Below, in pieces: positions 39,670-52,800 of a stretch of 64,000 nt of DNA; within the stretch, counting starts at the first letter, position 1; each line of letters starts with the position of its first letter. The stretch comes from Macrostomum lignano. Lineage: Eukaryota. The translations under genes were made by a program, and so were the position numbers. The DNA lies in contig NIVC01000152.1 in the NCBI GenBank assembly GCA_002269645.1, positions 1-64,000 on the forward strand, given 5' to 3'. The notes beneath the pieces were generated by a model, which did no database searches, was not told the DNA's origin, and was given only the letters and a program-made list of their open reading frames with translations.

Positions 39670-40570
39670 CTTGACCAAAGTCACACTCCTGACCAAAGTC
39701 ACTCCTGACCAAAGTCACTCCTGACCCAATTCACTTCTGACCAAATTCACGTCTGACCAAAGTCACTCCTGACCTAAGTCACACTCCTGACCTAAGTCAC
39801 TCCTGACCTAAGTCAAACTCCTGACCTAAGTCAAACTCCTGACCCAAGTCACTTTGACCCAAGTCACCGTCCTGACCAAAGTCAAAGTCACTCCTGACGA
39901 AAGTCACTCCTGACCAAAGTCACTCGTGACCCAATTCACTTCTGACCAAAATCACTCCTGACCAAAATCACCCAGACCGAAATCATCACAGACCGAAATC
40001 ACCACTGACCGAAATCATCACTGACCGAAATCATCACTGACCGAAATCATCACTGACCGAAATCATCACTGACCGAAATCATCACTGACTGAAATCATCA
40101 CTGACCGAAATCATCATTGACCGAAATCACCATTAACCGAAATCATCACTGACCGGAATCATCACTGACTGAAATCATCACTGACCGAAATCATCATTGA
40201 CCGAAATCATCACAGACCGAAATCATCACTGACCGAAATCATCACTGACCGAAATCATCACTGACTGAAATCATCACTGACCGAAATCATCATTGACCGA
40301 AATCACCATTAACCGAAGTCACCACTGACCGGAATCATCACTGACTGAAATCATCACTGACCGAAATCATCATTGACCGAAATCATCACTGACCGAAATC
40401 ATCATTGACCGAAATCATCACTGACCGAAATCATCACTGACCGAAATAATCACTGACCGAAATCATCATTGACCGAAATCATCACTGACCGAAATCATCA
40501 CTGACCGAAATCATCACTGACCAAAATAATCATTGACCGAAATCATCACTGACCGAAAATCACTCCTGAC
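39670..40570. repeat. ~16-bp minisatellite upstream of FBXO8 (CTGACCAAAGTCACTC grading into CTGACCGAAATCATCA)
   Basis: Direct reading. Confidence 0.95.
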
Positions 40571-40649
40571 TCTCACTTTCATAGTAATGTCTCCCTACAA
40601 AAGCAGATAGAAGCCATGTCAAATAACAATGATTTCAGCCACAGACTAC

Positions 40650-43297
40650 ATGGGCCAGATACTAACCAGGCGCCAGTACGAAGACCTGCTGATTGACGGC
40701 TTGGCAGTCGCGGCAGTCAGCAAGGCAGCAGTCGAACAGATCCGACCGATCCCGAGCTCTGGCCCGATTTCGCGACCTATCGGAATTGCCGCCGGAACTG
40801 GCACTGGCTATTCTGAGTCACCTGGGCCCTACGGATCTGTGCCTGGCCGCCTGCGTCTGGGGCCATTTGGCTAATGACGAGCTGCTGTGGCAGGCCCTGT
40901 GCAAAAATGCCTGGGCCTATTGTACAGCTTATAGCGTGCCGGGCCGCTCCTACCGGCAGCTCTATCTGCGATTGGATGAAGCTTCACTCAGCTTCAATGC
41001 CGACTGCTTCGATGGTTTTGCCTGCTTTCTTAGGCACGAAATTCTTATTGACGAGCCGGGAGAATTGGCCCTGTTCTTTCACGGCGCTCGGGTGCTGGAT
41101 AGGCGCCAGGTTAGCCGCTTCATGGAGACTCGGTGAGACGCTGCTGCTTGGCTGGGCTATGCTGTACTGACTCACTCGCTGGGGTGTTCTGAGAGAAACT
41201 TGGGAATTGTGAAGCTTAGGATTCTGGGGGAAATTTAGGGATTCTGAAGCTTGGGTGTTCTGAAAGAAATTTGGGAATTGTGAAGCTTAGGATTCCGAGG
41301 GAAATTTAGGGATTCTGAAGCTTGGGTATTCTGAGAGAAACTTGGGGATTGTGAAGCTTGGGGGTCCTGAGAGAAACTTGGGAATTGTGAAGCTTAGGAT
41401 TCTGAGGGAAATTTAGGGATTGTGAAGCTTGGGGGTTCTGAGAGAAACGGGGATTGTAAAGCTTAGGATTCTGGGGTAAATTTAGGGATTCTGAAGCTTG
41501 AGTGTTCTGAGAGAAACTTGGGGATTCTGAAGCTTAGGATTCTGGGGGAAATTAGGGGATTCTGAAGCTTAGGGGTTCTGAGAGAAACTTGGGGATTCTG
41601 AAGCTTAGGATTCTGGGGGAAATTAGGGGATTCTGAAGCTTAGGGGTTCTGAGACAAATTTGGGGATTCTGAAGCTTGGGGGTTCTGATGGAACTTTAGA
41701 GATTCTGAAGCTTGAGGATTGTAGGGGAAATTTGAGGATTGTAGGGGAAATTTGAGGATTGTAGGGGAAATTTGAGGATTGTAGGGGAAATTTGAGGAAT
41801 GCAGGGGAAATTCAAGGATTGTAGGGGACATTTGAGGAATGCAGGGGAAATTCAAGGATTGTAGGGGAAATTTGAGGATTGTAGGGGAAATTTGAGGATG
41901 GGGTGAAGCTGGATGATTGTGACCTTTGTTATTACCTAAAGTACATTATCGATTCCCGCCCACTCAGGCCCGACGTTCTAGACAAACTGATGGAACGGAA
42001 AAGCTTCGAAAACCAGTTTTTGCCGAATGCGCTTCGTAAATTTTTCAACGAAGTGGAGGCGCCAAACGCTAGAAACGAATACTTGAGCCTGCTGCTGGAC
42101 CGGTTCAGCCTGCGCTTTGTGGCCTCCAACCCTGGCACTGGACTGAGCAAAGGTTTGTCCAGTCTGCTAGTCTGGTAGAGTAAGAGTGGAGTCTGGTGGA
42201 GTAGGTGTAGAGTCTGGTAGAGTAAGAGTGGAGTCTGGTAGAGTAGGTGTAGAGTCTGGTAGAGTAAGAGTGGAGTCTGGTAGAGTAAGAGTGGAGTCTG
42301 GTAGAGTAAGAGTGGAGTCTGGTAGAGTAGGTGTAGAGTCTGGTAGAGTAAGTGTAGAGTCTAGTATAGTAGATGTGGAGTCTGGTGGAGTAGGTGTAGA
42401 GTCTGGTAGAGTAGGTGTAGAGTCTGGTAGAGTAGGTGTAGAATCTGGTAGAGTAGGTGTGGAGTCTGGTAAAGTAGGTGTAGAGTCTGGTATAGTAGAT
42501 GTGGAGTCTGGTGGAGTAGGTGTAGAGTCTGGTGGAGTAGGTGTAGAGTCTGGTAGAGTAGGTGTAGAGTCTGGTATAGTAGATGTGGAGTCTGGTGGAG
42601 TAGGTGTAGAGTCTGGTAGAGTAGGTGTAGAGTCTGGTAGAGTAGGTGTAGAGTCTGGTATAGTAGATGTGGAGTCTGGTGGAGTAGGTGTAGAGTCTGG
42701 TAGAGTAGGTGTAGAATCTGGTAGAGTATGTGTAGAGTCTGGTAGAGTATGTGTAGAGTCTGGTAGAGTAGGTGTAGAGTCTGGTAGAGTAGGTGTAGAG
42801 TCTGGTATAGTAGATGTGGAGTCTGGTGGAGTAGGTGTAGAGTCTGGTAGAGTAGATGTGGAGTCTGGTAGAGTAAGAGTGGAGTCTGGTCGAGTAGGTG
42901 TAGAGTCTGGTAGAGTAGATGTGGAGTCTGGTGGAGTAGGTGTAGAATCTGGTAGAGGTATGGAGTCCGCGGTAGAGTACATGTAGATGTTGCCAATATT
43001 GCCAATTTGTCAGTAAAAATTGTGGGCCATGGTTTTAAATCCAATTCATCCGCGTTTAAAACTGCTGAATTCGCACAAAAATGCCCCGCAGAGATGGTGT
43101 TCATCCTGTGCTACTCGCTCATACTACTGTCAGTAGACCTGTGCAGTCCGCACGTGAAAAATAAAATGTCTAAACGAGAATTCATTCGCAATACGAGGCG
43201 AGCCACAACCCCAATTAGTGACGACTTTCTAGGTCATCTGTACGATAACATCTACCTGGTTGGACACGTGGCGCCAACCACAGCTTGCAGCTATTAG
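40650..43297 (+). CDS. FBXO8: F-box only protein 8 (F-box + Sec7 domain)
   Basis: Exons ~40650-41132, 41968-42152, 43092-43297. LSELPPELALAILSHL..DLCLAACVW..LANDELLWQALCK, FENQFLPNALRKFF, CYSLILLSVDLCSPHVKNKMSKREFIRNTRRA..FLGHLYDNIYLVGHVA all match FBXO8. The MGQ start is out of frame with the F-box (see findings). Confidence 0.93.
41180..41900. repeat. Composite minisatellite in FBXO8 intron 1 (GAAGCTT/GGGATT subunits, then 20-bp GAGGATTGTAGGGGAAATTT)
   Basis: Direct reading. Confidence 0.9.
42165..42985. repeat. 21-bp minisatellite (GAGTCTGGTAGAGTAGGTGTA) in FBXO8 intron 2
   Basis: Direct reading; source of the PDST/VESG repeat ORFs. Confidence 0.97.
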
Positions 43298-43464
43298 CTG
43301 TGGCGTGATATTGAAGTCTAGGAAACTTCTATTTAAGTCTGTGTTGTTTTGCTAGAGATATCACACCATATGTGGCTTCTTGGGGGGGGGGGTGCTTGCA
43401 GTTCTATAGTTTGTTAGCTATTATAAATTTTCTTAAAATAACACTTCCAGTCTCAAATATTGCG

Positions 43465-43950
43465 TCAGTTCACTCGGCTCCCTGTCAGTCAGAATCCCTC
43501 AGTTCACTCTGCTCCCCATCAATCAGTCAGAATCCCTCAGTTCACTCTGCTCCCCATCAATCAGTCAGAATCCCTTAGTTCACTCTGCTCCCCATCAATC
43601 AGAATCCCTCAGTTCACTCTGCTCCCCATCAGTCAGAATCCCTCAGTTCACTCTGCTCCCCATCAGTCAGAATTCCTCAGTTCACTCTGCTCCCCATCAG
43701 TCAGAATCCCTCAGTTCACTCTGCTCCCCATCAGTCAGAATTCCTCAGTTCACTCAGCTCCCCATCAGTCAGTCAGAATCCCTTAGTTCACTCTGCTCCC
43801 CATCAGTCAGAATTCCTCAGTTCACTCTGCTCCCCATCAGTCAGAATTCCTCAGTTCACTCTGCTCCCCATCAGTCAGTCAGAATCCCTTAGTTCACTCT
43901 GCTCCCCATCAGTCAGTCAGAGTCCCTCAGTTCACTCTGCTCCCCATCAA
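43465..43950. repeat. ~31-39 bp minisatellite (TCAGAATCCCTCAGTTCACTCTGCTCCCCATCAG)
   Basis: Direct reading. Confidence 0.93.
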
Positions 43951-44369
43951 TAATAGCTACTTTACTAATTCTGTGGGATAACTGCTGTTACCCTGGACTT
44001 ACGTACCATACGCTCGTACAGTACATGTACGAGTATGTAAATATAATGCGGTTACATATTTTAATATGTAGTGTGCATGATAAAGATTGCACTTTTCATC
44101 CGTTCTGTACATAGGTATTTAATTTGGGCGAATCAGTTCGTTGAGTTCGCCTTTGTCCTTGCAGTAACTATTGAGAATGGATGGAGTTACTGAGAGCTCT
44201 TTTTGATTGGCTTCGCTGATTTCTGCTCAAACTTGTTGGCATCTATTTTAGTGTGCGGTTCTTCTGTAACCTCTGATGTTATCAAAGATTTTTCAGACAG
44301 TGTTTAAGGTAGACTTTGATATTGGCGTTATCTTTTCTTCTCTTTGCATGTTTTGGACAGCTTGGATAG

Positions 44370-45875
44370 GGATCTGACATTGAATGGGGGATTCTAGTTA
44401 AATATAGGATCTGGGTAGAAATCTGACATTGAATGGGGGGGTTCTAGTTAAATATAGGATCTGGGTAGAAATCTGACATTGAATGGGGGATTCTAGTTAA
44501 ATATAGGATCTGGGTAGAAATCTGACATTGAATGGGGGGGGTTCTAGTTAAATATAGGATCTGGGTAGAAATCTGACATTGAATGGGGGATTCTAGTTAA
44601 ATATAGGATCTGGGTAGAAATCTGACATTGAATGGGGGGTTCTAGTTAAATATAGGATCTGGGTAGAAATCTGACATTGAATGGGGGGTTCTAGTTAAAT
44701 ATAGGATCTGGGTAGAAATCTGACATTGAATGGGGGATTCTAGTTAAATATAGGATCTGGGTAGGAATCTGACATTGAATGGGGGGGGGTTCTAGTTAAA
44801 TATAGGATCTGGGTAGAAATCTGACATTGAATGGGGGGGTTCTAGTTAAATATAGGATCTGGGTAGAAATCTGACATTGAATGGGGGGTTCTAGTTAAAT
44901 ATAGGATCTGGGTAGAAATCTGACATTGAATGGGGGATTCTAGTTAAATATAGGATCTGGGTAGAAATCTGACATTGAATGGGGGGGGTTCTAGTTAAAT
45001 ATAGGATCTGGGTAGAAATCTGACATTGAATGGGGGGGGTTCTAGTTAAATATAGGATCTGGGTAGAAATCTGACATTGAATGGGGGGTTCTAGTTAAAT
45101 ATAGGATCTGGGTAGAAATCTGACATTGAATGGGGGATTCTAGTTAAATATAGGATCTGGGTAGGAATCTGACATTGAATGGGGGGGTTCTAGTTAAATA
45201 TAGGATCTGGGTAGAAATCTGACATTGAATGGGGGGGTTCTAGTTAAATATAGGATCTGGGTAGAAATCTGACATTGAATGGGGGGTTCTAGTTAAATAT
45301 AGGATCTGGGTAGAAATCTGACATTGAATGGGGGGGGAGTTCTAGTTAAATATAGGATCTGGGTAGGGATCTGACATTGAATGAGGGTTCTAGTTAAATA
45401 TAGGATCTGGGTAGGAATCTGACATTGAATGGGGGGGTTCTAGTTAAATATAGGATCTGGGTAGAAATCTGACATTGAATGGGGGGGGGGGGTTCTAGTT
45501 AAATATAGGATCTGGGTAGGGATCTGACATTGAATGAGGGTTCTAGTTAAATATAGGATCTGGGTAGAAATCTGACATTGAATGGGGGTTCTAGTTAAAT
45601 ATAGGATCTGGGTAGAAATCTGACATTGAATGGGGGGGGGTTCTAGTTAAATATAGGATCTGGGTAGGGATCTGACATTGAATGAGGGTTCTAGTTAAAT
45701 ATAGGATCTGGGTAGGGATCTGACATTGAATGAGGGTTCTAGCTAAATATAGGATCTGGGTAGAAATCTGACATTGAATGGGGGGGGGGGGTTCTAGTTA
45801 AATATAGGATCTGGGTAGAAATCTGACATTGAATGGGGGGGGTTCTAGTTAAATATAGGATCTGGATAGGGATGT
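44370..45875. repeat. ~49-55 bp satellite with a variable poly-G tract, ~29 copies
   Basis: ATCTGACATTGAAT(G)nTTCTAGTTAAATATAGGATCTGGGTAGAA. Confidence 0.97.
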
Positions 45876-46534
45876 GATATTTATTAGTATTTAATTATAT
45901 AAATATTTTCGTAAGGAATGTTTTTTGAGATTAGAATTTGCATCATGGATAGAAAATAGCGCTTGTTAGCCCTAATGATATTATTTAAAAAATTGCGTTA
46001 ATTATTTTACAGACCTGTTTTCTTAGATCGATAAATGATAACCTTGTAACTATGCTAAATTGCCTATATGCTTGTACCTTAAAGATAAATGTTCTGTAAC
46101 TGCTTTATTTTTCTACACAGAATCTACAGTTAGTAATTAATGTTACTCATGTATATTCAGACTTTCTGCATGCAGGTTTGGAATGAAAATACACTACAGT
46201 AGTATTTCTTATGCACAGACCTAAATTAGGTTAAATTATATATAGATTTTGTCACCCTGTGCGCGCGTTAATCATTGGGTGTTTACTACTGAAGTTATTT
46301 TTGTAAATTTTCTTTTACAAACAATCTTGAAATGCTGTACCAGCAAGATATTTAAAGTGGGTTAACACCAGCAAGATTCTTATGTTGGCCGACTTTGTGA
46401 AGCAAAGATTAGCCTTGTTAATCCGGCTGCAGACTGCAGCTTGCTGCATCCATTCGATAGTAAGTCTAATTAATACAAATTGCAAGTTTATTTAGTCCAT
46501 TAATAATTGATTAACATGAAACTGCTCAGGAGAG

Positions 46535-46970
46535 TCAGTTAGTCTACAGTAGTCTACAGTAAGCCTACAGTTAGTCTACAGTTACTCTACAATTAGTCTA
46601 CAGTATAAGCCTACAGTTAGTCTACAGTAAGCCTACAGTTAGTCTTCAGTTAGTCTACAGTAAGTCTACAGTTAGTCTACAGTAAGCCTACAGTTAGTCT
46701 ACAGTAAGCCTACAGTTAGTCTTCAGTTAGTCTACAGTAAGCCTACAGTTAGTCTACAGTTAGTCTACAGTAAGCCTACAGTTAGTCTACAGTAAGCCTA
46801 CAGTTAGTCTTCAGTTAGTCTACAGTAAGCCTACAGTTAGTCTACAGTAAGCCTACAGTTAGTCTTCAGTTAGTCTACAGTAAGCCTACAGTTAGTCTAC
46901 AGTTAGTCTACAGTAAGCCTACAGTTAGTCTTCAGTTAGTCTACAGTAAGCCTACAGTCAGTCTACAGCA
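46535..46970. repeat. 11-bp minisatellite (AGTCTACAGTT/AGCCTACAGTT)
   Basis: Direct reading. Confidence 0.95.
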
Positions 46971-47277
46971 ATAAGAGCGAGTTACATGTCGCAATCCTAC
47001 ACGCTCAAGATTATTTTCTCTTTCTTATCTCCTTTGTTCTCTATAAATCTCATCTCCTGTCTCCTTTCATGTCAATCCCATTTATTGTCTCTCATCTCAT
47101 CTCATTCGATCCTCTTCTCTCTTGTCTATTCCCAATCCTTTTCTTTCATCTTGCCCGCAACCTAGATGCTGTAATTCCCTAATGTCCCCTCCGTCAACCA
47201 TGCTGCAATCCCATTGTTCATTTACTGAGCTCTGAGAAAACACTTCATCACACGTACAATTCACTGTTGCACGGTCA

Positions 47278-47652
47278 GTGGCTCAGTCGGTAGCAGCAGA
47301 AGCCGCGGAGGCCCGTAGCAACCAGGCCGCCCTTCGGCTGGAATCCGCTGCGACGCTGTCCCAGCCAGTGGAGCTGCGACCAGACCGTCAGGCTGGAGTC
47401 TCCGGCACCGGCGTCAATCGGCCTCCACAGGACAGCGGCTACGCCAGCAGTCTGTACACCGATTCCCGGCTCATTGAACTGCTTCCTACTGGAGATGCTG
47501 CTACACCGTCGAACACTCTTGCAGTGTCCACTCCGCCATGGACGTCGATTTCGGAGTCCGTGACCGATGCCGACTGCAACATGCTGAGCATTGGTTCCAG
47601 CGACGGGCCCGACTGCCCCGACTGCCCTGAGGCCAATGAGTCCCCTGAGTAA
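47278..47652 (+). CDS. Possible orphan terminal coding exon, Ser/Pro/Asp-rich with a DSGYAS motif
   Basis: Open GC-rich frame amid AT/repeat DNA; no upstream exon identified. Confidence 0.3.
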   Translation: MAQSVAAEAAEARSNQAALRLESAATLSQPVELRPDRQAGVSGTGVNRPPQDSGYASSLYTDSRLIELLPTGDAATPSNTLAVSTPPWTSISESVTDADCNMLSIGSSDGPDCPDCPEANESPE

Positions 47653-47691
47653 TATATGTGCACTGATGGCTTCAAATTCGCCTTTAACTGA

Positions 47692-48134
47692 CAGGGGCGT
47701 AGCCAGAGGGGGGCAAGGGGGCCGTGGCCCCCCCCCCCCAATCACCAACTCTGGCCTTAGCGCCCCCCCCCCCCTATAAGAAACTGGCGCCCCCTAAAAG
47801 AAACTGGCGCCCCCTAAAAGAAACTGGCGCCCCCCCCCTAAAAGAAACTGGCGCCCCCCTCTCTGCTGCTACCCCTATAAGAAACTGGCGCCCCCCCTCC
47901 TAAAAGAAACTGGCGCCCCTCCTCCTATAATAAACTGGCGCCCCCCTAAGAAGCTGGCGCCCCCCCCCAAAGAAGCTGGCGCCCCCCCCCCTAAGAAGCT
48001 GGCGCCCCCCCCCCCCTAAGAAGCTGGCTGGCGCCCCCCCCCTAAGAAGCTGGCGCCCCCCCCTAAGAAGCTGGCGCCCCCTAACTCACGGCCCCGCCCC
48101 CCCCCCTCAATCAAAATTCCTGGCTACGCCCCTG
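47692..48134. mobile_element. Non-autonomous DNA transposon (hAT-like MITE)
   Basis: 15-bp perfect TIRs CAGGGGCGTAGCCAG / CTGGCTACGCCCCTG; internal tandem AAGAA(A/G)CTGGCG(C)n; flanks CTTTAACTGA and CTTTAACATGA form an imperfect duplication. Confidence 0.8.
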
Positions 48135-49319
48135 CTTTAACATGACGTGTTGACTGGGTGCTGACTAGACCTGATAAACTTCAGGAGGAAGTTAGCTGTT
48201 ATACTTTAGGTTTACTTAATGGACTTCAATATACTCTGGATTGTGCTGGCTGAAATCCTAATTTAATTTGCTTTTAAAGTACTAGTGTATATAAAAAATA
48301 TTTTCTGTACAGTGTAATTGTAACTCTATCTGAGAATGCGCAGATTGTATAGAGCATAAGTTTACTTTAATATCTTTCATTCTGTTTTTTGCTTTACTGT
48401 GGAGTTAGTTATCTAAAGATGAGTAAATATGATTGGTACAGGGTCCCGCGCGCCAAGATTCGAACCCGGGATCCACGAGTTCTGAGTGCTACAACTTAAT
48501 ATGTAGCTTGTAGGCCTGATCATTTTCATGGCAGACAAAAAGTTATGCAAGCTAAAAGATTGCCTACTACGAGTAACAAGTAGCGACATTTTTTGTGAGG
48601 CCTGTCTGTTCTACGGTCCTTTATAGCGTTTTAGGGTATTGCATGAAATCCGTATTGGTGAGCACCACAAATTTTGCTCCATAGAAGTATTTAGATTTTC
48701 TTTTAAGCAACAAATGAATTAGCAAATCAGTCTAAATTTGTTTCGGTAATGATACGAGCTCAACTCGGAGCAAACTTAGTTGAAAAAAAGATGTTTATTT
48801 AAATTATTTTGTCAAGTTAATGCACTTATATTATTAACTATGATCCTAATGAAGGTACAAACTCGGGTTTAAAATTATTAGAGAAAAAAACATTGATAAA
48901 CAGTCTCTGTTAGTATTGGCGTATATATGAATAGTAATTTTCTAATGGGAAACTACGAGTAGCAAGGCCTAGCTAATATTAGAATAACAGAGCAGGTCGA
49001 CAAGAAAAACTAAAAGTATAAAAGTGAAGCTTTTAAATCTAAATATGTCAGGCAGAATTGAAGATGGGCTGAGTGGAGAACTTTATGAATTCCAAAGATT
49101 CACGTCCACGATATTTTGTCTGCAGTCTGCATTTCAGAGCTGGTTGTAAGAGCAGTTGTAAGAGTTGCTTGTATCGTCCCGTGGTCATCCCCAATTGACA
49201 AGGGAACAGTGACAATGCATCAAAATATCTAATTGTCCAACCCAACTGCAAGCCCATAAAAACCACCGAATACCGCTCACCCCACCTACTGCCTGGCTTC
49301 GGAAAATTCAATAAATATT

Positions 49320-49590
49320 CAGCAGAATCAAGCTGCATCTTAAACAAAAAAAGCAACAGCAACAGTGACGGGAAAATAAATAAATAAATAGTCAGCAGAA
49401 TCAAACTGCAAGCTTAAGCGGAGAGCACAACAGCAACAGTGACGGGAAATTAAATAAATAAATAGTCAGCAGAATCAAACTGCAAGCTTAAGCGGAGAGC
49501 ACAACAGCAACAGTGACGGGAAATTAAATAAATAAATAGTCAGCAGAATCAAACTGCAAGCTTAAGCGGAGAGCACAACAGCAACAACGT
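49320..49590. repeat. 74-bp tandem repeat, ~3.5 copies, downstream of the VLIG stop
   Basis: CAGCAGAATCAAACTGCAAGCTTAAGCGGAGAGCACAACAGCAACAGTGACGGGAAATTAAATAAATAAATAGT. Confidence 0.9.
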
Positions 49591-49809
49591 TTTACTTTGA
49601 AACTTGAATGCTTGATCGTATGATCTTAATTTTGAATTTATGTATCTTTATTTGTGTATTGTGAATTCCAAAGTTCGATCTTCAATTCGGTTTTCCGAAT
49701 TTCGAATTTCAGGATGTTGTGTGGCTACTTAGCTAATTTTTTATTTCAAAGCTTCCACTTCTCATAGTTTTGTTACGAATTTCTTAGCATTTGTTCAGAA
49801 TTACATAAG

Positions 49810-52800
49810 TCACATAATCAGACAACCACCACTGGATTCTTCTTTGAATCCGTCCTCGGTCTTCTTGATTTTTTCCCACGACTCTGGCACTTCCACTCTC
49901 TTGCCGTAGTGTTTGCTCAGCGATTCCTTGTGGTTTCTTACAAACCACCGCCATAGCAGACTGGATTCATCACCAGGAGGAGAACAGGGAGGATACCAGT
50001 GTGGAAAACATTCGCTAAGATCCTCCATTTTGTGACTCTCCTGCCGGAAGGTAAAAGTGTTCAGTTCACCACAGGTTGCCACTGACAGGTTCCCGGATTT
50101 TGGATCTGTAATTCCCGCAACGCCTGCTGGCCTGACGCTCCTACACCGTCGAGCGTTTTTATCGTACTTGTACCAGAACCATAAAAGGTATCCGCTCGTC
50201 CACACTTGACGTGTCGATGTTGGTTCTCCACACAACGGACAGTCCTGAAGGTCATTCCAATCTTTGTCGAGCAGTGAGACATGCGGCGCTTTGCCATCCC
50301 ACCTCAGTTGCTCTGGTGACGTCGGTGGATTGTGAATAAAATCCGTGACGTTTTTAAGATATTTAAGTAGTCTCTTATTGAATTTTTGCAAGTCGCTAAT
50401 CGAGTATTGGCTTGCAACTTTGAAGTCTTCCACGTGCAGACCAATCATATCACCCTGTTCGCAGAATCTTTCTATCCAAAACTGTAGCAGGTTGGTGCAA
50501 CTGTCGTGGCCACTCATCTGTTGATTAGCCATTTCACTCGCGCGGTTTTTAAGTGGCTCAAGAAGATTGTGCACCCTCTCGTTGAGAACTTTTGTGTACT
50601 TGCTGTTGCCTTCTGGGTCTGGCTTAAAAAATTGTTCTTCCATCGTTTGTACCAGCCACTTGCGTGTGAAGGCTTTACTATCTTTGATGAATTCGATCCA
50701 ATCGTCGAATTCATTTGTGTCAATCAGACTTTTCGTCACCTGCTTCACAAGATCCTCATTGCTCTCGTTTTTTTTATCCAAAAAATCTTTACTGACAAAG
50801 TTGGCAGCTTGTCGCAATGCAGTTTCGCTGACGAAGTTCCTGATGATGCCTGCGATTACACTGGCACTGCGCACATCCTGGCCCTCTCGCTTGCAGCAGT
50901 TCCTGAACTCTTCAAAGACAGTATTCTTGAATGCTTGCAGCTGAGCTCTGACCCCAAACTGCTGCTCAAATTGCTCATGTGCCGTCTTAAATTCTGCGGC
51001 TGCATAAAAGCAAGCGTAAACGCTGAAAAAATCTTTCAACTGTGGTTTTAGTGTGACCCACCGATATCCACGAGTACTTACAAGGTGCTCCTTCGATTGA
51101 TCGCTGTTGAACTCATCAATCTCTTTATCCACAAAATGTATTATTGATGAAAAGACGCCACGATCGATAATATCCATACCATTGTCTCTTTGCAACTGTA
51201 TGATTTCTTTTTCAACTTTTTTCAGAACCGAGTTGGAAAAATTGAACACCTGTGTCTTGCACTTTTCCTCGGATGGCCAGAACTTGACAGCCATATGCCA
51301 CTTTGCATCGTATTGATCATTCCCGATCAGATCGACCCTCAATGGCACACATGTTTGTGTAACTGTCATTAATTTATTGATCTCATTTTGAATATTAGAT
51401 CTTCTACTCTCAAACTCTGAGAGCAAAGCCTTCTCGGCGAGCTCAAAAAAGTTTATCGTCTGCATCGGTTTCATAGGGACTTCCTTCATCTGCTTTTCCC
51501 ACATGGTATCAAATTCTTTTCTCAGCTCGTCATCGGTAATCTGAGAGCGATTTTCAGCCACCATCTTTTCTGCCACTTGGCGCGCTTTATCCATAAACTC
51601 CTGCTTTAGCTGATCCGCTTCGCCTCTGCTCTGCAGAAGTACTCGCCTCTCCTCCTTCACCTCCGTCAGTCTCTCGTTACACTCGCGAGTAAGTGATTTG
51701 ACATCTTCCTCAAAGTTGTTAAAAGTTCTTTGTTGCCATTGAACGATTGTCTGGCTTTCTTCGTGTTTCTTGAAAAACGATTCGATTTCCTTTTGCTTCT
51801 CAGACTGATTTTCCTTGATGAATTTATTCGTTTCGGCGATCTCCGTTTTTAGCCTCTCACGCAGGCTCTGGGCATCTTGACAAGAACGCAAATTTGGGGC
51901 CGCCGTCTCTTTCACTTGCTCCCATGCTTTTTTCTCGAGATCGCGCCTAAGTTCAGAATACTTCTTGTTGACTTCTTTGTAGGCACTGAGCTCGAGTGTG
52001 TTTTGGAAACTAAATACAAAATCTTCCTTGACAACTGCTTTCCAGAAGTCAGCCGCACGAACATAAAACTCTTTGAACGTCAACTTGGAACTGTACATAC
52101 CCTTCAGGCACTGTACAATCTTGTACTTTGTACCCTGAACTCCTCTGCTGTAACCTGGATTGACAGGAGCTAACGGAGGTTCTCCCTCCCACAGGTTTGT
52201 TAGGAAAATTACGTTTTCGTTCACATCAAACTTAAGGAGATCAGCGAAGCGCTTTAAATTTGTCACTCCTTCCTCATTCGCTGCACCCTCAACTGTACTG
52301 TCCAGAGTCCGCAACAGACGATCTCTCGCTTCCTGCATTTTCTCACGTGAGTCAACAGCACAGACGTTCTGATGCACAAATAGGCAAGCCTTACCCTTGA
52401 TGAGGTTCGGTGATGCATTAGAAATTCTTAGGAAAGCGTATACAACAATTTGCAAGACGTTTGTCATCTCGTGTATATTTTCACCCATAATATTAATAAT
52501 TGTAACGTCAGCCAGTCCTACGGCCATGGTCGCGAGTTCATTGTCGCGATGTTTTCCGTCATTGCCCAGTTCGGTAGAGCGTAGGCCTTCAGTATCGATG
52601 ATCATAATGAAATCCGCATTCAGACCTGATTTTGTCCGATCATTTCGCACCATCTGAAGAAAGGCACCTCTGGTGCAGCGTCCGGCACTTACTGGCAGCT
52701 GCAAGCCGAACATCGTGTTCAGTAAAGTTGACTTTCCCGAGCTCTGAATACCTAGAACTGACACAATCAAGAGCGACTCCTTCTTAAATTTTTCCTGCAG

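Noticed and set aside
42167-43104. PDSTPTL mucin-like, VESG and LYQT repeat ORFs
   Set aside because: Translations of the 21-bp array inside FBXO8 intron 2; the flanking exons join in phase without it.
44370-45875. CRISPR-like appearance of regularly spaced repeats (also 22665-23100, 14885-15215, 61325-61720)
   Set aside because: Head-to-tail units with no unique spacers, no cas genes, eukaryotic context. The poly-G length variation may be homopolymer sequencing error.
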